Assembly: GCA_002699365.1 (NCBI GenBank)
Contig: PAAN01000021.1
Location: forward strand, 6,416 to 70,415
Reading direction: 5' to 3'
Length of the DNA: 64,000 nt
DNA from: Coraliomargarita sp.
GTDB lineage: Bacteria; Verrucomicrobiota; Verrucomicrobiia; Opitutales; Coraliomargaritaceae
A model generated the notes under the pieces. That model searched no databases and was not told where the DNA came from. It saw nothing but the letters and a program-made list of their open reading frames with translations. Each line of letters starts with the position of its first letter. Position 1 is the first letter of the stretch. The position numbers and the translations under genes were made by a program. Shown here in pieces: positions 50,052 through 59,617 of this stretch.

Positions 50052-51830
50052 ATGTCTAATAAGGATCCATTACAGCCTTCTTCGCCACTCTCAGAGGAAC
50101 AATCTAAGGCACTAAATAAGCTATTGCCTACATTGGAAGGTAATCAACTCGATTGGATTGCAAATTATTTAAACAATTTGCGGAGCAATGTTGCGATAGG
50201 TTTGGCCAAACCAGAGTTAGTCGTTCTTTTTGGGTCAGAATCTGGCAACGCTGAAGCACTAGCAGACCAATCCGTTAAAGCTGCTAAAAAAAGTGGGTTC
50301 AAGGCACAGTCAATAAGTATGGCGGATATAAAGCCGGCAAAGTTATCCACAATGCATAACTTGCTCGTTATTATTAGTACTTGGGGCGAAGGAGATCCAC
50401 CTGAAAATGCAATTGATTTTTATGAAGAATTTACTGCTGATAATCATCTAAGTTTGAAAGGCTTAAACTATTCCGTGCTTGGATTAGGCGATACGAGTTA
50501 TGAGCATTTTTGTAAGATGGGTAAAGATTTTGATACTCGCTTAGAGGTATTAGGGGCTACTCGAGTCAATGAACGCAAGGATTGTGATGTTGATTATGAT
50601 GATGACTACGAGCAATGGATTGATAACAGTCTAGCAGCGCTAACAAAAATTGCTGGGTCCAGTAGTATAGTTACCACTGAGAAATCTCCCTTGCTATCCT
50701 CCGCACCAATAGAACCCTATTCTAGAAAAAATCCATTTCCTGCAGAACTTAAAGAGCGAGTATTACTCAACGGCAAAGGATCCGCCAAAGAAACAATCCA
50801 TCTAGAATTCAGCCTAGCTGGATCAGGTATGGATTATAGCGTCGGTGACGCTCTTGCTGTACTACCTCATAATGCAAAAGATGTAGTTCATTCAATTATC
50901 GAGGTTACTAAACTTAATCCTGAAGAAATAGTCTCACTTAAAAGCGAGGAGTTTTCTGTTCGCGATGCATTAACGCGACATCTTGACATAACTGCGATTT
51001 CCAAGCCAGTGCTAACTCGTTACAATGAGTTTGCTCAAAGCAAGGAGCTCGATATACTTATTAATGATAAGGATAAGTTAAGTGACTACACTTTTGGTAG
51101 GCAAATCGTTGATGTATTAATTGACTTTCCTGCTGAAAGTATCGATGCGCAACAATTAGTTAGTATAATGCGCAAGTTACCACCGCGCTTATATTCAATC
51201 GCTTCTAGCCCAAAAGCTCATCAAGGAGAGGTTCACTTAACAGTCGGAGTTGTTCGCTACAATACTGCAGGGCGCGAGCGTAAAGGTGTATGTTCTTCTT
51301 TCCTAGCAGACATGGTAGAATCGGGACAACCAGTTGATGTTTACATATCACCAAATAAAAAGTTTCGATTACCTGATAATTCGCACACTCCAATCATCAT
51401 GGTTGGTCCAGGCACTGGAATAGCGCCATTTCGAGCATTCATAGAAGAACGTGCCGAACAAGATGAGGCCGGTAAAAGCTGGTTATTCTTTGGTGATCAA
51501 CACTATTTGACTGATTTTCTATACCAAAGTGAAATTCAAGGGTATCTAGCAGATGGTGTATTATCTAAACTCGATGTCGCATTTTCTCGCGACCAAGCAG
51601 AAAAAGTTTATGTTCAAGATAAGATGCTAGAAAATGCTACTGAACTGTACCAATGGTTAGAAGCGGGTGCAGTTTTTTATGTCTGCGGTGATGCTAGTCG
51701 CATGGCGCATGATGTCGACGCCGCACTACATAGTATAATAAAAAATGAGGGTAAAATGGATACCGAAAAGGCTGAAGAATATGTAAAAAGTATGAAGTCG
51801 GAGAATAGATACTTAAGAGACGTCTATTAA
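50052..51830 (+). CDS. cysJ: assimilatory sulfite reductase (NADPH) flavoprotein alpha subunit
   Basis: 592 aa; flavodoxin-like N-domain (VVLFGSESGNAE) and FAD/NADPH domain (RLYSIASS, GPGTGIAPFR, terminal YLRDVY). Confidence 0.9.
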   Translation: MSNKDPLQPSSPLSEEQSKALNKLLPTLEGNQLDWIANYLNNLRSNVAIGLAKPELVVLFGSESGNAEALADQSVKAAKKSGFKAQSISMADIKPAKLSTMHNLLVIISTWGEGDPPENAIDFYEEFTADNHLSLKGLNYSVLGLGDTSYEHFCKMGKDFDTRLEVLGATRVNERKDCDVDYDDDYEQWIDNSLAALTKIAGSSSIVTTEKSPLLSSAPIEPYSRKNPFPAELKERVLLNGKGSAKETIHLEFSLAGSGMDYSVGDALAVLPHNAKDVVHSIIEVTKLNPEEIVSLKSEEFSVRDALTRHLDITAISKPVLTRYNEFAQSKELDILINDKDKLSDYTFGRQIVDVLIDFPAESIDAQQLVSIMRKLPPRLYSIASSPKAHQGEVHLTVGVVRYNTAGRERKGVCSSFLADMVESGQPVDVYISPNKKFRLPDNSHTPIIMVGPGTGIAPFRAFIEERAEQDEAGKSWLFFGDQHYLTDFLYQSEIQGYLADGVLSKLDVAFSRDQAEKVYVQDKMLENATELYQWLEAGAVFYVCGDASRMAHDVDAALHSIIKNEGKMDTEKAEEYVKSMKSENRYLRDVY

Positions 51831-51843
51831 ATAGATCTATCGA

Positions 51844-53223
51844 TTAAATTCTAAGTATATTTCGCACAATTCCATTAACCTCATAATTTTTTAATAGATT
51901 AGGAAAGTGCTCTGCGCCACGTCCAACAGCAGCTAGCTCGACAAGTTCCGAAGTGTGATCGTGAGAAGTCCACCCTACCCCCGTCTCTTGGTAAAGCTCA
52001 GCAGCAATTGCGTCAGCAATGACACTTGTCATGTAGTCAGAACCAGCCAGCATTTTTTCTACAATTTCTAATTCTTGGGCCTTCGTGATGCCTAGATCAC
52101 AAATTGAATTAAAATGAACACGACTAAATTTGCCAGTCTTCTTATAGATGCGCTCGATCGATTCAAAGCTACCACGAAAATTATTAATTCGATCTAGAGC
52201 GGAGCCACTACCATTGTAGCGCTTTCCGACTCCATTTAATTGACAACCGCCTGTGCCGTGATCGGTTGTCACAATTACAAGCGTATCTGGATTCGATTTG
52301 AGAAAATCTAATGCAATTGGAATACAATTATCAAATTCTAGAAGCTCATGCAAAATAGCTGCCGGGTCATTAGCGTGCCCCGCATGGTCAATTCGACCAG
52401 CCTCTACTTGCAATACGAAGCCGTTTTCGTTTTCACTTAGAGGATGTAGAGCGGCTTTAAACATAGTAGCTAAACTTGGTATCTGTGCAAAAGCTGAATC
52501 ATTCTTGCGATCAATCGCGTAAGGTAGATGGCTATCCGCAAATAATCCTAATATTCGTCGGGTATCCGTTAGATTAGACAAACCTACTTGATCAGTAACG
52601 AAAGAATAGCCACGACGTTTAAATTCCGAACATAAGTTACGCCCTTCAGTAATAAAATACTCGAGTCCGCCTCCCATCAACAGATCTACTTCACGCTCTA
52701 AATATTGATTCGCAATCGTTGCCTCTAAATCACGGTCCAATACATTCGCAGCAAATGATGCTGGTGTCGCATGAGTGATCCGGCAGGTGCTTACCAAGCC
52801 TGTGGATTTCCCAGCCTGCTTGGCATATTGCATCAGCGGTACTAGTGCGTCTCCTTGAATAGAATAATTGATACAACCATTATTTACACGCTCTCCACTA
52901 CCCCATGCACTACCAGCTGCCGCGGAATCAGTCACTGGTGAGCTAGCGGAAGCTGTATCTTGCAGACTTCTATGTACATTATTTTTTTCCAGTAATTGCA
53001 TCCACTCTAGTGGTTCACCATAGTGGCGAAGCTTCCAATGATTCGCTAATGCTAACGATCCGACTCCCATTCCATCAGCAACCAAAAAAATGAGGTTTTT
53101 AGCAGTATTACTTCCACTACTACCATTCGAAAATACCTGAGGACTAGACAATAATGATGTGCCTCCGATAAGACCTGCTCCCTGAATAAACTTGCGTCGA
53201 GATGAGGAATATTGCTCAGACAT
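51844..53223 (-). CDS. alkaline phosphatase family protein with a Tat-type signal
   Basis: 459 aa; twin-arginine motif SRRKFIQGAG, PhoA-family motifs (DGMG, DSAAAGSAWGSG, DHAGHAND, TTDHGTGG). Confidence 0.8.
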   Translation of the reverse strand: MSEQYSSSRRKFIQGAGLIGGTSLLSSPQVFSNGSSGSNTAKNLIFLVADGMGVGSLALANHWKLRHYGEPLEWMQLLEKNNVHRSLQDTASASSPVTDSAAAGSAWGSGERVNNGCINYSIQGDALVPLMQYAKQAGKSTGLVSTCRITHATPASFAANVLDRDLEATIANQYLEREVDLLMGGGLEYFITEGRNLCSEFKRRGYSFVTDQVGLSNLTDTRRILGLFADSHLPYAIDRKNDSAFAQIPSLATMFKAALHPLSENENGFVLQVEAGRIDHAGHANDPAAILHELLEFDNCIPIALDFLKSNPDTLVIVTTDHGTGGCQLNGVGKRYNGSGSALDRINNFRGSFESIERIYKKTGKFSRVHFNSICDLGITKAQELEIVEKMLAGSDYMTSVIADAIAAELYQETGVGWTSHDHTSELVELAAVGRGAEHFPNLLKNYEVNGIVRNILRI

Positions 53224-53282
53224 AATCGTAGAATAATAGAACTATTGTCACAAAAGCCAGCTAAAGAAGTCTCCAGCAGCTC

Positions 53283-53915
53283 TTATTTTGGTGCATACCA
53301 TGCTACAACCTTTGCACGAACCTCATCTAAATCATTCAAAGGCTCAAAAAGAAGTGATGCTGAGTTAATGCAATATCGAAGGCCTCCCCGATCAGAAGGG
53401 CCATCTTGGAAAACATGGCCTTGGTGGGCACCACACACCTTACAATGAACCTCTATGCGCTGCATACCATAGCTAACATCGCGCTTCTCGCCCAGAGTAC
53501 GTGAATCTATTGGTCGTGAAAAGCTTGGCCAACCGGTACCTGAATCAAACTTATCTACGCTTAAAAATAAAGGAGTTTCACAACCGACACAGTTATAAAT
53601 ACCGATAGCCTTATTGTCATGGTAGGCATTAGAAAATGGACGTTCTGTTCCTTGCTCACGAGTAACACTATATGCAAGTGCTGATAAGCGTTCTCTCCAT
53701 TGCTTCTGCGTACGTTTCACAGGAAATGAATCTGCTGAAAGATCCACATGCGAAGGAAGGGCACATGCAGAAGCGCATTCTGCAATTTCTATATTCTTTG
53801 ATGACATAACAGTAGAAAGACTATCCTTTTTGAGAATATTTGCGAATAATATAGTACAAAATAAAAGCAATAAGGATAAGACTATACCTAAATTTCTAAA
53901 TAGCATGTGAATCAT
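53283..53915 (-). CDS. msrB: peptide-methionine (R)-S-oxide reductase with an N-terminal signal/anchor
   Basis: 210 aa; SelR domain with two CxxC pairs ([21 protein letters not shown]), GWPSF, and RYCINS. Confidence 0.85.
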   Translation of the reverse strand: MIHMLFRNLGIVLSLLLLFCTILFANILKKDSLSTVMSSKNIEIAECASACALPSHVDLSADSFPVKRTQKQWRERLSALAYSVTREQGTERPFSNAYHDNKAIGIYNCVGCETPLFLSVDKFDSGTGWPSFSRPIDSRTLGEKRDVSYGMQRIEVHCKVCGAHQGHVFQDGPSDRGGLRYCINSASLLFEPLNDLDEVRAKVVAWYAPK

Positions 53916-53958
53916 AAATTAAATACAAAAATCATTAAAACTAACATCCATTCACAAT

Positions 53959-54327
53959 TTAAAATATTCTATCTTTACTATCAACATTTCTAACTCCGGA
54001 TACTTTACCATTAAAATTTTTAAGTAATGAATCTAGTACTGCATTACTCAATCGTGAGTTAGCCTCATCAATTGTAATTAAATCAGAAGATTCATCCAAA
54101 GTTAATGAGCAAAAATCTTGATCGTCCACTTCCCCTAACTCTTCGAATACTTCCTCTGGCGATGAACTAGATTCAATGAGTGATTCATTGGCTTCCAAAC
54201 TTACTTCAATTGGATCAGTAAAAGTGCTCATTGCCTGGTCAACTCGTGCATCAAGACTGCTCGCACTATCAATACTAACAAAACGACCGACATTTTTTAA
54301 AGGGTCAGGGATGACTAGAGGAGTCAA
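53959..54327 (-). CDS. acidic 122-aa ORF, either independent or the -1-frame C-terminal extension of DnaX
   Basis: The track ORF begins at a TTG with no obvious SD. The same frame stays open upstream through the A10 run at the end of dnaX (up to 54366). Confidence 0.4.
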   Translation of the reverse strand: MTPLVIPDPLKNVGRFVSIDSASSLDARVDQAMSTFTDPIEVSLEANESLIESSSSPEEVFEELGEVDDQDFCSLTLDESSDLITIDEANSRLSNAVLDSLLKNFNGKVSGVRNVDSKDRIF

Positions 54328-54344
54328 ATCAACGGACCGAGTCG

Positions 54345-55499
54345 CTACTTTTTTTTTTGAGTATTGCTAGTTGAATTGCTAGCGCCTTCAGACAATCCAG
54401 TGCCCACTAATTGCTTAATGACAGTATCGATAGCTCGAGCACGAGATTCTTCAGCTGCTTTGAGTAAAACCACTTCAAAATTAACTGTTTCAGACAGTCC
54501 TTTTTGTACACTTTGCTCACCGCGCTGTAAGGCATCTAGCATTCGCATAATGGACTCATTTGTATGAACCGTTCCCAATACATTAGTCTGACCATTCTTC
54601 TCAATTGAATCGAGTAATACAGTTCTTAGATAAGCGATTAAATCCTGGAGTATTCTGTAAAGGTCGCGTCCCTCGCTAGCATATTCGTCCACCGATGCTA
54701 TTATTGATTTATAGTCCAGTGCTCCCAAAAATGAAGCTAGTTGATTAATTCTGTCTGCGGATATAAGCCCGTAAACATCTAGTACGTCCTGCTCCTTGAT
54801 TGTATCTCCACAAAATGAAATCATCTGATCTAAGATAGATTGAGAATCTCGCATTCCACCGTTTGCTAAGCGAGCAATTGAATCAAGTGCAGTGGACTCA
54901 ACTTTTATGCGCTCTGATGCAGAGATCATTTTTAATTTTTCAACAATTACATTGCTTGCAATTGGTCGAAACTCAAAGCGCTGGCAGCGAGAAACAATAG
55001 TTGGCAGCACCTTATGAGATTCAGTTGTTGCAAAAATAAACTTAACGTGACTTGGGGGCTCTTCTAAAGTTTTAAGTAAGGCGTTGAATGCTGCAGTTGA
55101 AAGCATATGGACTTCATCAATAATATAGATTTTATAAGTACACTGCGTTGGAGCATACTGACAGTCGTCTCTTAAGTCACGCACCTGATCAACACTGTTA
55201 TTGGAAGCGCCATCAATTTCTATAACATCCATACATGCGCCATTCATGATCGATTGGCTGATATCGCAGTCATTATCTGGCATGATACTTGGACCTCCTG
55301 CAGCGTTCAAACATTTAGCAAAGAGGCGAGCAGAACTAGTTTTCCCTGTACCCCTAGGCCCAACAAATAAATATGCATGAGCTATACGATTGGATTCTAT
55401 AGCATTACTAAGTGTACGAACAATATGATCCTGACCGACTAATTGGTCAAATTGCTGAGGTCTCCAGCGACGTGCAATAACCTGGTATCCATTATCCAT
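54345..55499 (-). CDS. dnaX: DNA polymerase III clamp-loader subunit (gamma-length zero-frame product)
   Basis: 384 aa; AAA+ clamp-loader motifs ([23 protein letters not shown]). It ends ...ACT CAA AAA AAA AAG TAG. Confidence 0.9.
   Translation of the reverse strand: MDNGYQVIARRWRPQQFDQLVGQDHIVRTLSNAIESNRIAHAYLFVGPRGTGKTSSARLFAKCLNAAGGPSIMPDNDCDISQSIMNGACMDVIEIDGASNNSVDQVRDLRDDCQYAPTQCTYKIYIIDEVHMLSTAAFNALLKTLEEPPSHVKFIFATTESHKVLPTIVSRCQRFEFRPIASNVIVEKLKMISASERIKVESTALDSIARLANGGMRDSQSILDQMISFCGDTIKEQDVLDVYGLISADRINQLASFLGALDYKSIIASVDEYASEGRDLYRILQDLIAYLRTVLLDSIEKNGQTNVLGTVHTNESIMRMLDALQRGEQSVQKGLSETVNFEVVLLKAAEESRARAIDTVIKQLVGTGLSEGASNSTSNTQKKK
54348..54358 (-). promoter_or_regulatory. putative recoding (slippery) site, A10-G, at the dnaX 3' end
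   Basis: The minus strand reads C AAAAAAAAAA G TAG. It contains the A AAA AAG heptamer known from the E. coli dnaX frameshift site, and the -1 frame is open downstream. Confidence 0.45.
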
Positions 55500-55603
55500 A
55501 CTTTTTATATAGAGCGACTAATCATAGTTACTGGCAAGTGACTTTTTATAGTACAGGGACCAGTAAAGGGAGAATAAGAAAAAAATAATTAAACTATATT
55601 AAA

Positions 55604-55703
55604 GTGGCCAGGCACCCTACGGCACATACCGTTCAAACTACCGCTGCTCCCTTCCGGGCCTGACGGGGTTCGCCTGTCCAGCATTGCATAGGACCCGGCC
55701 TCC
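55604..55703 (-). ncRNA. ffs: signal recognition particle RNA (small, 4.5S type)
   Basis: The minus strand contains GUCAGGCCCGGAAGGGAGCAGC (domain IV consensus), flanked by complementary arms GGCCGGGUCCUA / UAGGGUGCCUGGCC. Its position directly upstream of dnaX is a classic arrangement. Ends are accurate to about +/-5 nt. Confidence 0.85.
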
Positions 55704-55797
55704 AACAACAGACATCGTATAATTCTTACAGACAACCAAAAAATGTAACTATCTTTGATGCTTGTCCTAATCACCATATTCCAAAAGGCTTCTAATA

Positions 55798-56850
55798 ATG
55801 ACTATTGACGGCGTGGTATCGCAGCAGCGAAAACAATTTTTTCCCATAAATTCAGCATTTCGGGACTATCTGGCAGAATACCGACGTGGAATTGATCTAC
55901 CTATTAGCTATGAAGACTTGCTAGATTATGATGATGCCTTCCCTTTAATAAATAAGGATGGTAAGGATACACTATGGTTAACCCTAATTTATGAGCAACA
56001 GCGCGGTAGAGAATTATATGAAGGCCTCAAAAAGATTTACGTAATACTTCGCTCTGGAGGAGATGAAACAGCTATAGGCAATCTGTTTATTGACCGCGTT
56101 GACTTTTGTACCTTTGGCAACACCAAACCAATGCGAGTTCGCGTTGTTAATCAGTACAATGACAACCATGACTACTTTTATGTTAAAAAAGCAGATGCTT
56201 CTCGTATCTATGGACTTGAGTTAGAGGAACTACTCTCTCCAAACCATATAAACTTCCTAGTCTATGGTGATACTTTAATTGAAGAGCACATTATCGGAGT
56301 TCCTGGTGACGATTTCATTCGCGACTACCTACCCCGAGCTGATTTACATTCTGTTCGATTAGCGAAAGAGTTTATAAAATTTAATGAACGCTGCTTCGTG
56401 CGACTACTAGGGGACATGAGAGCTTATAATTATGTTGTAGAAGTGACACCTGACTTTGAGCAAAATCAATACCGAGTACGCGCGATCGATTTTGACCAAC
56501 AAAGCTATGAGGGGCGTCGCTCATTGTACTTGCCTCAATTTTTTAAAAATAATTTTCCAGTAGTGCGACTCTGTACTGAGCTTATTAATGTGGAGACTAG
56601 TCGGCAGTATCAACGTGAAGAGCGTAGTTTAATAAAACGCCGCTTGAACTTTTCACGATACAGAATACGGCATTTACGTAATTGCATGTGCACTGACCAA
56701 ATATCAAGCAAAGATAAAGTTCGGCAACTAAGAAGAGAATTAGCGCAAATGCACAACGATCAACGCTTTCAAAACTGCAAATCTATGGGTGAATTAACCT
56801 TCTTGAATCTTACTGTAACACTAGCACTAGAAGGTGAGGATAACATCTAA
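55798..56850 (+). CDS. hypothetical protein with possible protein-kinase-like (PKL) fold motifs
   Basis: 350 aa; LLGDMRAYNYVV (56410..56430 region) followed about 25 aa later by AIDFDQ (56485..56496). This resembles the catalytic-loop D..N and DFx metal-binding motifs of atypical kinases. Inference only. Confidence 0.45.
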   Translation: MTIDGVVSQQRKQFFPINSAFRDYLAEYRRGIDLPISYEDLLDYDDAFPLINKDGKDTLWLTLIYEQQRGRELYEGLKKIYVILRSGGDETAIGNLFIDRVDFCTFGNTKPMRVRVVNQYNDNHDYFYVKKADASRIYGLELEELLSPNHINFLVYGDTLIEEHIIGVPGDDFIRDYLPRADLHSVRLAKEFIKFNERCFVRLLGDMRAYNYVVEVTPDFEQNQYRVRAIDFDQQSYEGRRSLYLPQFFKNNFPVVRLCTELINVETSRQYQREERSLIKRRLNFSRYRIRHLRNCMCTDQISSKDKVRQLRRELAQMHNDQRFQNCKSMGELTFLNLTVTLALEGEDNI

Positions 56851-56871
56851 ATAACAGAGTAAACCAATTCT

Positions 56872-57321
56872 TTATTCTAGCACTGCCCTATTTTTTTGAC
56901 TAATTGCAGCTTGATAAGTGCGCCATGGTAACGATGCGCACTTTATTCGTGCAGGAAAGTTCTTCACTCCATTTAGAGAAACCAAATCACCGTCACTTTC
57001 TAAATAATCTAAATTATCATCCGATAATATACGATCTACACGAAGAGTAAATTTCTCCGCTTGCGCTAAGCTTTTACCAAGTAATGCATTCGTCATCATT
57101 GAAGCCGATGCTTTACAAATAGCGCAACATGCTGCTTCAAATTTAATAGCCTCAATCAACTGATCAACTACGTTTAAATGTACCGTACACTTATCTCCAC
57201 AGAGAGGATTAAAGCCTTCTGCTGTGTGAGTCGCACATCCTAAATGACCATAATTGCTTGGCCGCTTATTATGTTCTAATATTATAGACTGGTATAACTC
57301 GTCAAGGGAGTCGTTTTTCAT
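56872..57321 (-). CDS. sufU: SufU/IscU-like Fe-S cluster sulfur-transfer/scaffold protein
   Basis: 149 aa; conserved Cys contexts (NPLCGD, CAICKAS, KCASLPW). It lies downstream of sufS. Confidence 0.8.
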   Translation of the reverse strand: MKNDSLDELYQSIILEHNKRPSNYGHLGCATHTAEGFNPLCGDKCTVHLNVVDQLIEAIKFEAACCAICKASASMMTNALLGKSLAQAEKFTLRVDRILSDDNLDYLESDGDLVSLNGVKNFPARIKCASLPWRTYQAAISQKNRAVLE

Positions 57322-57370
57322 ACATAATCCAATCTAACTTGATTAGCTAACGAATCAATGCCCTAGTAGG

Positions 57371-58603
57371 TTAGGTAAAGAACTTCTTCAGCTTTTTTAG
57401 CGCCTTCACTAAACGATCTACATCATCCTCATTATTATAGAATGCGAATGAAGCACGAGCCGTTGCCGGAACACCGAAGCGCTTTAGTAAAGGTTGAGTA
57501 CAATGGTGACCAGATCGAATAGCAATTGCATCGGCATCTAAAAAAGTACCAATATCGTGCGCATGGATACCATCGAATACAAAAGAAATAACAGAAGCTT
57601 TTGGTGAAGCGGTGCCAATAATACGTAATCCATTGATATCTTGTAGTTGCTCTGTTGCTAAAGATAAGAGTTCTTGTTCATGTCGGTAGGCACCTAAACG
57701 ATCCATATCATTTAAATATCTTATAGCAGCAGATAAACCGATAACTCCAGCTATATGAGGAGTTCCTGCTTCAAACTTTCCAGGAATTGCCTTGTAGGTC
57801 GTACCATCGAAATCAACCCTCTCGATCATATCACCTCCGCTTTGGTAAGGAGGAAATTGCTCCAACCATTCACGCTTTGCCCACAGCACACCGATACCAG
57901 TCGGACCCAAGATCTTGTGACCTGAAAAAACAAAGAAATCACAGCCAATCTTACTAATATCTACTGTTTGATGCGGTACACTTTGTGAACCATCTAAAAG
58001 AACGGGTACTGCGTTAGCGTGGGCAATTTTAATAATTGCTTCTACAGGATTTACGGTACCGAGAGAATTTGAAACGTGCACAATAGCCAGTAACTTTGTT
58101 CGCTCATTAATTAATTGCTCCATAGCAACTAAATCAAGTGAACCATCCTCGTTAACTGGCGAAACTTTCAAAATTGCTCCAGTTTTCTCACAGGCAATCT
58201 GCCAAGGTACAATGTTAGCATGATGTTCCATGTGAGAAATTAAAATTTCATCACCTTTTTGTAAAACACTCTCAACAAAACCATGTGCAATTATATTTAT
58301 ACTCTCGGTTGCACCACGTGTAAATATTATGGTGTCTGAATCACTAACACCAATGAAATCAGCCACTTGTACCCTAGTGGATTCGTAAGCATCGGTTGCT
58401 TTCTCACTTAAATAGTGTAATCCACGATGGATGTTAGCATTCTCAAGCGCATAGTACTTTTCTATAGCGCTAACAACTGACTGTGGCTTTTGGGATGTTG
58501 CCGCACTGTCTAAGTAAGTAAGTGGCTTACCATGCACAGTTGACGCTAAGATTGGAAAATCGGAACGGACTGATTCGACGTCAAATGGAGCTGGTACAAT
58601 CAC
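57371..58603 (-). CDS. sufS: cysteine desulfurase (class V aminotransferase, SufS type)
   Basis: 410 aa; PLP-lysine context [11 protein letters not shown] and active-site loop [10 protein letters not shown]. Confidence 0.9.
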   Translation of the reverse strand: MIVPAPFDVESVRSDFPILASTVHGKPLTYLDSAATSQKPQSVVSAIEKYYALENANIHRGLHYLSEKATDAYESTRVQVADFIGVSDSDTIIFTRGATESINIIAHGFVESVLQKGDEILISHMEHHANIVPWQIACEKTGAILKVSPVNEDGSLDLVAMEQLINERTKLLAIVHVSNSLGTVNPVEAIIKIAHANAVPVLLDGSQSVPHQTVDISKIGCDFFVFSGHKILGPTGIGVLWAKREWLEQFPPYQSGGDMIERVDFDGTTYKAIPGKFEAGTPHIAGVIGLSAAIRYLNDMDRLGAYRHEQELLSLATEQLQDINGLRIIGTASPKASVISFVFDGIHAHDIGTFLDADAIAIRSGHHCTQPLLKRFGVPATARASFAFYNNEDDVDRLVKALKKLKKFFT

Positions 58604-58787
58604 AATATTAAAAAAAACTTATTAAAATCCTAAAAAAGCACAATAAATAATACATATTTAACCTACCACAGTACATAAAAATTACAACTCATGATGGCTA
58701 ACAAAGAATCCCTTATTGGATGAAATTATCTCCAATATATCATTTATTGTGTATGCACGCGTGGCTGTAGCTATCAGCTGAAAGAAG

Positions 58788-59615
58788 TTATTTCCTAAAT
58801 CGACGTCCTGCCAACTTACCCTTAAGTGATTTTTGATCCATTTCATCATGCACCCTTGTCATGCCAGGACGAAAACGAAGAACATCCTGAAAATCTTCAG
58901 GTAACGCAGCCTTTGCTCTAAAATTAACCACTTTACCATTCTGGAAGTAACTAACTGAGGTTTCTGCACAATGAAGCATTAGTCTTCTCTTTCCTGTTTG
59001 CTCTACAACTTCGCGATTAAAGCTAAAGCTTCCATATGTACGATCACCAACAATAGGATGTCCGTGAAGTTGGCATTGTACCCTTAATTGATGAGTACGC
59101 CCAGTAAGAGGAGAAAGTTTAAGTAGGGTAATTGGGAATCCGCAATGTGGAACTTTTATCACTTGGTAACGTGTTTTAGCTGTAATTATATTTGGCCGAT
59201 TAATTCGATTATTATATACACTTTTTGAAATTTGATCACTCCAATTACCTTTCATTGCTTTCATTCGATGCTTTACCAATGCGTAGTATGTCTTTGCTAC
59301 TTTATGATTAGCAAATTGAAGCTTAACCAATTTCGCAACTTCACTATTAACTGCGACTAAAATTATACCCGAAGTCGGAGAGTCTAATCGATTAATCAAC
59401 CATACATGACGTTTCATACCTTCATTCCTGTACACGTATACTTCATCGTCATAATCATAATCAGCGTTCAGCAATGAACGGTGGGTTTCATCGCTTATGT
59501 TTGGATGTGATAAAACACCTGTAGGTTTATACAGTGCAATCAAACCCTCCTTACTCGTATTTAAGATGTGAACGCCTGTACCCAAAGGTAGCTTATTATA
59601 ATTTTCTACAGTCAT
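58788..59615 (-). CDS. RluA-family pseudouridine synthase
   Basis: 275 aa; catalytic motif NRLDSPTSG and HQLRVQCQLHGHPIVGD. Confidence 0.8.
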   Translation of the reverse strand: MTVENYNKLPLGTGVHILNTSKEGLIALYKPTGVLSHPNISDETHRSLLNADYDYDDEVYVYRNEGMKRHVWLINRLDSPTSGIILVAVNSEVAKLVKLQFANHKVAKTYYALVKHRMKAMKGNWSDQISKSVYNNRINRPNIITAKTRYQVIKVPHCGFPITLLKLSPLTGRTHQLRVQCQLHGHPIVGDRTYGSFSFNREVVEQTGKRRLMLHCAETSVSYFQNGKVVNFRAKAALPEDFQDVLRFRPGMTRVHDEMDQKSLKGKLAGRRFRK

Positions 59616-59617
59616 AC

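Noticed and set aside
55589-55777. 62-aa minus-strand ORF upstream of dnaX
   Set aside because: It overlaps the SRP RNA gene (55604..55703), and its 'protein' is a translation of the conserved 4.5S helix.
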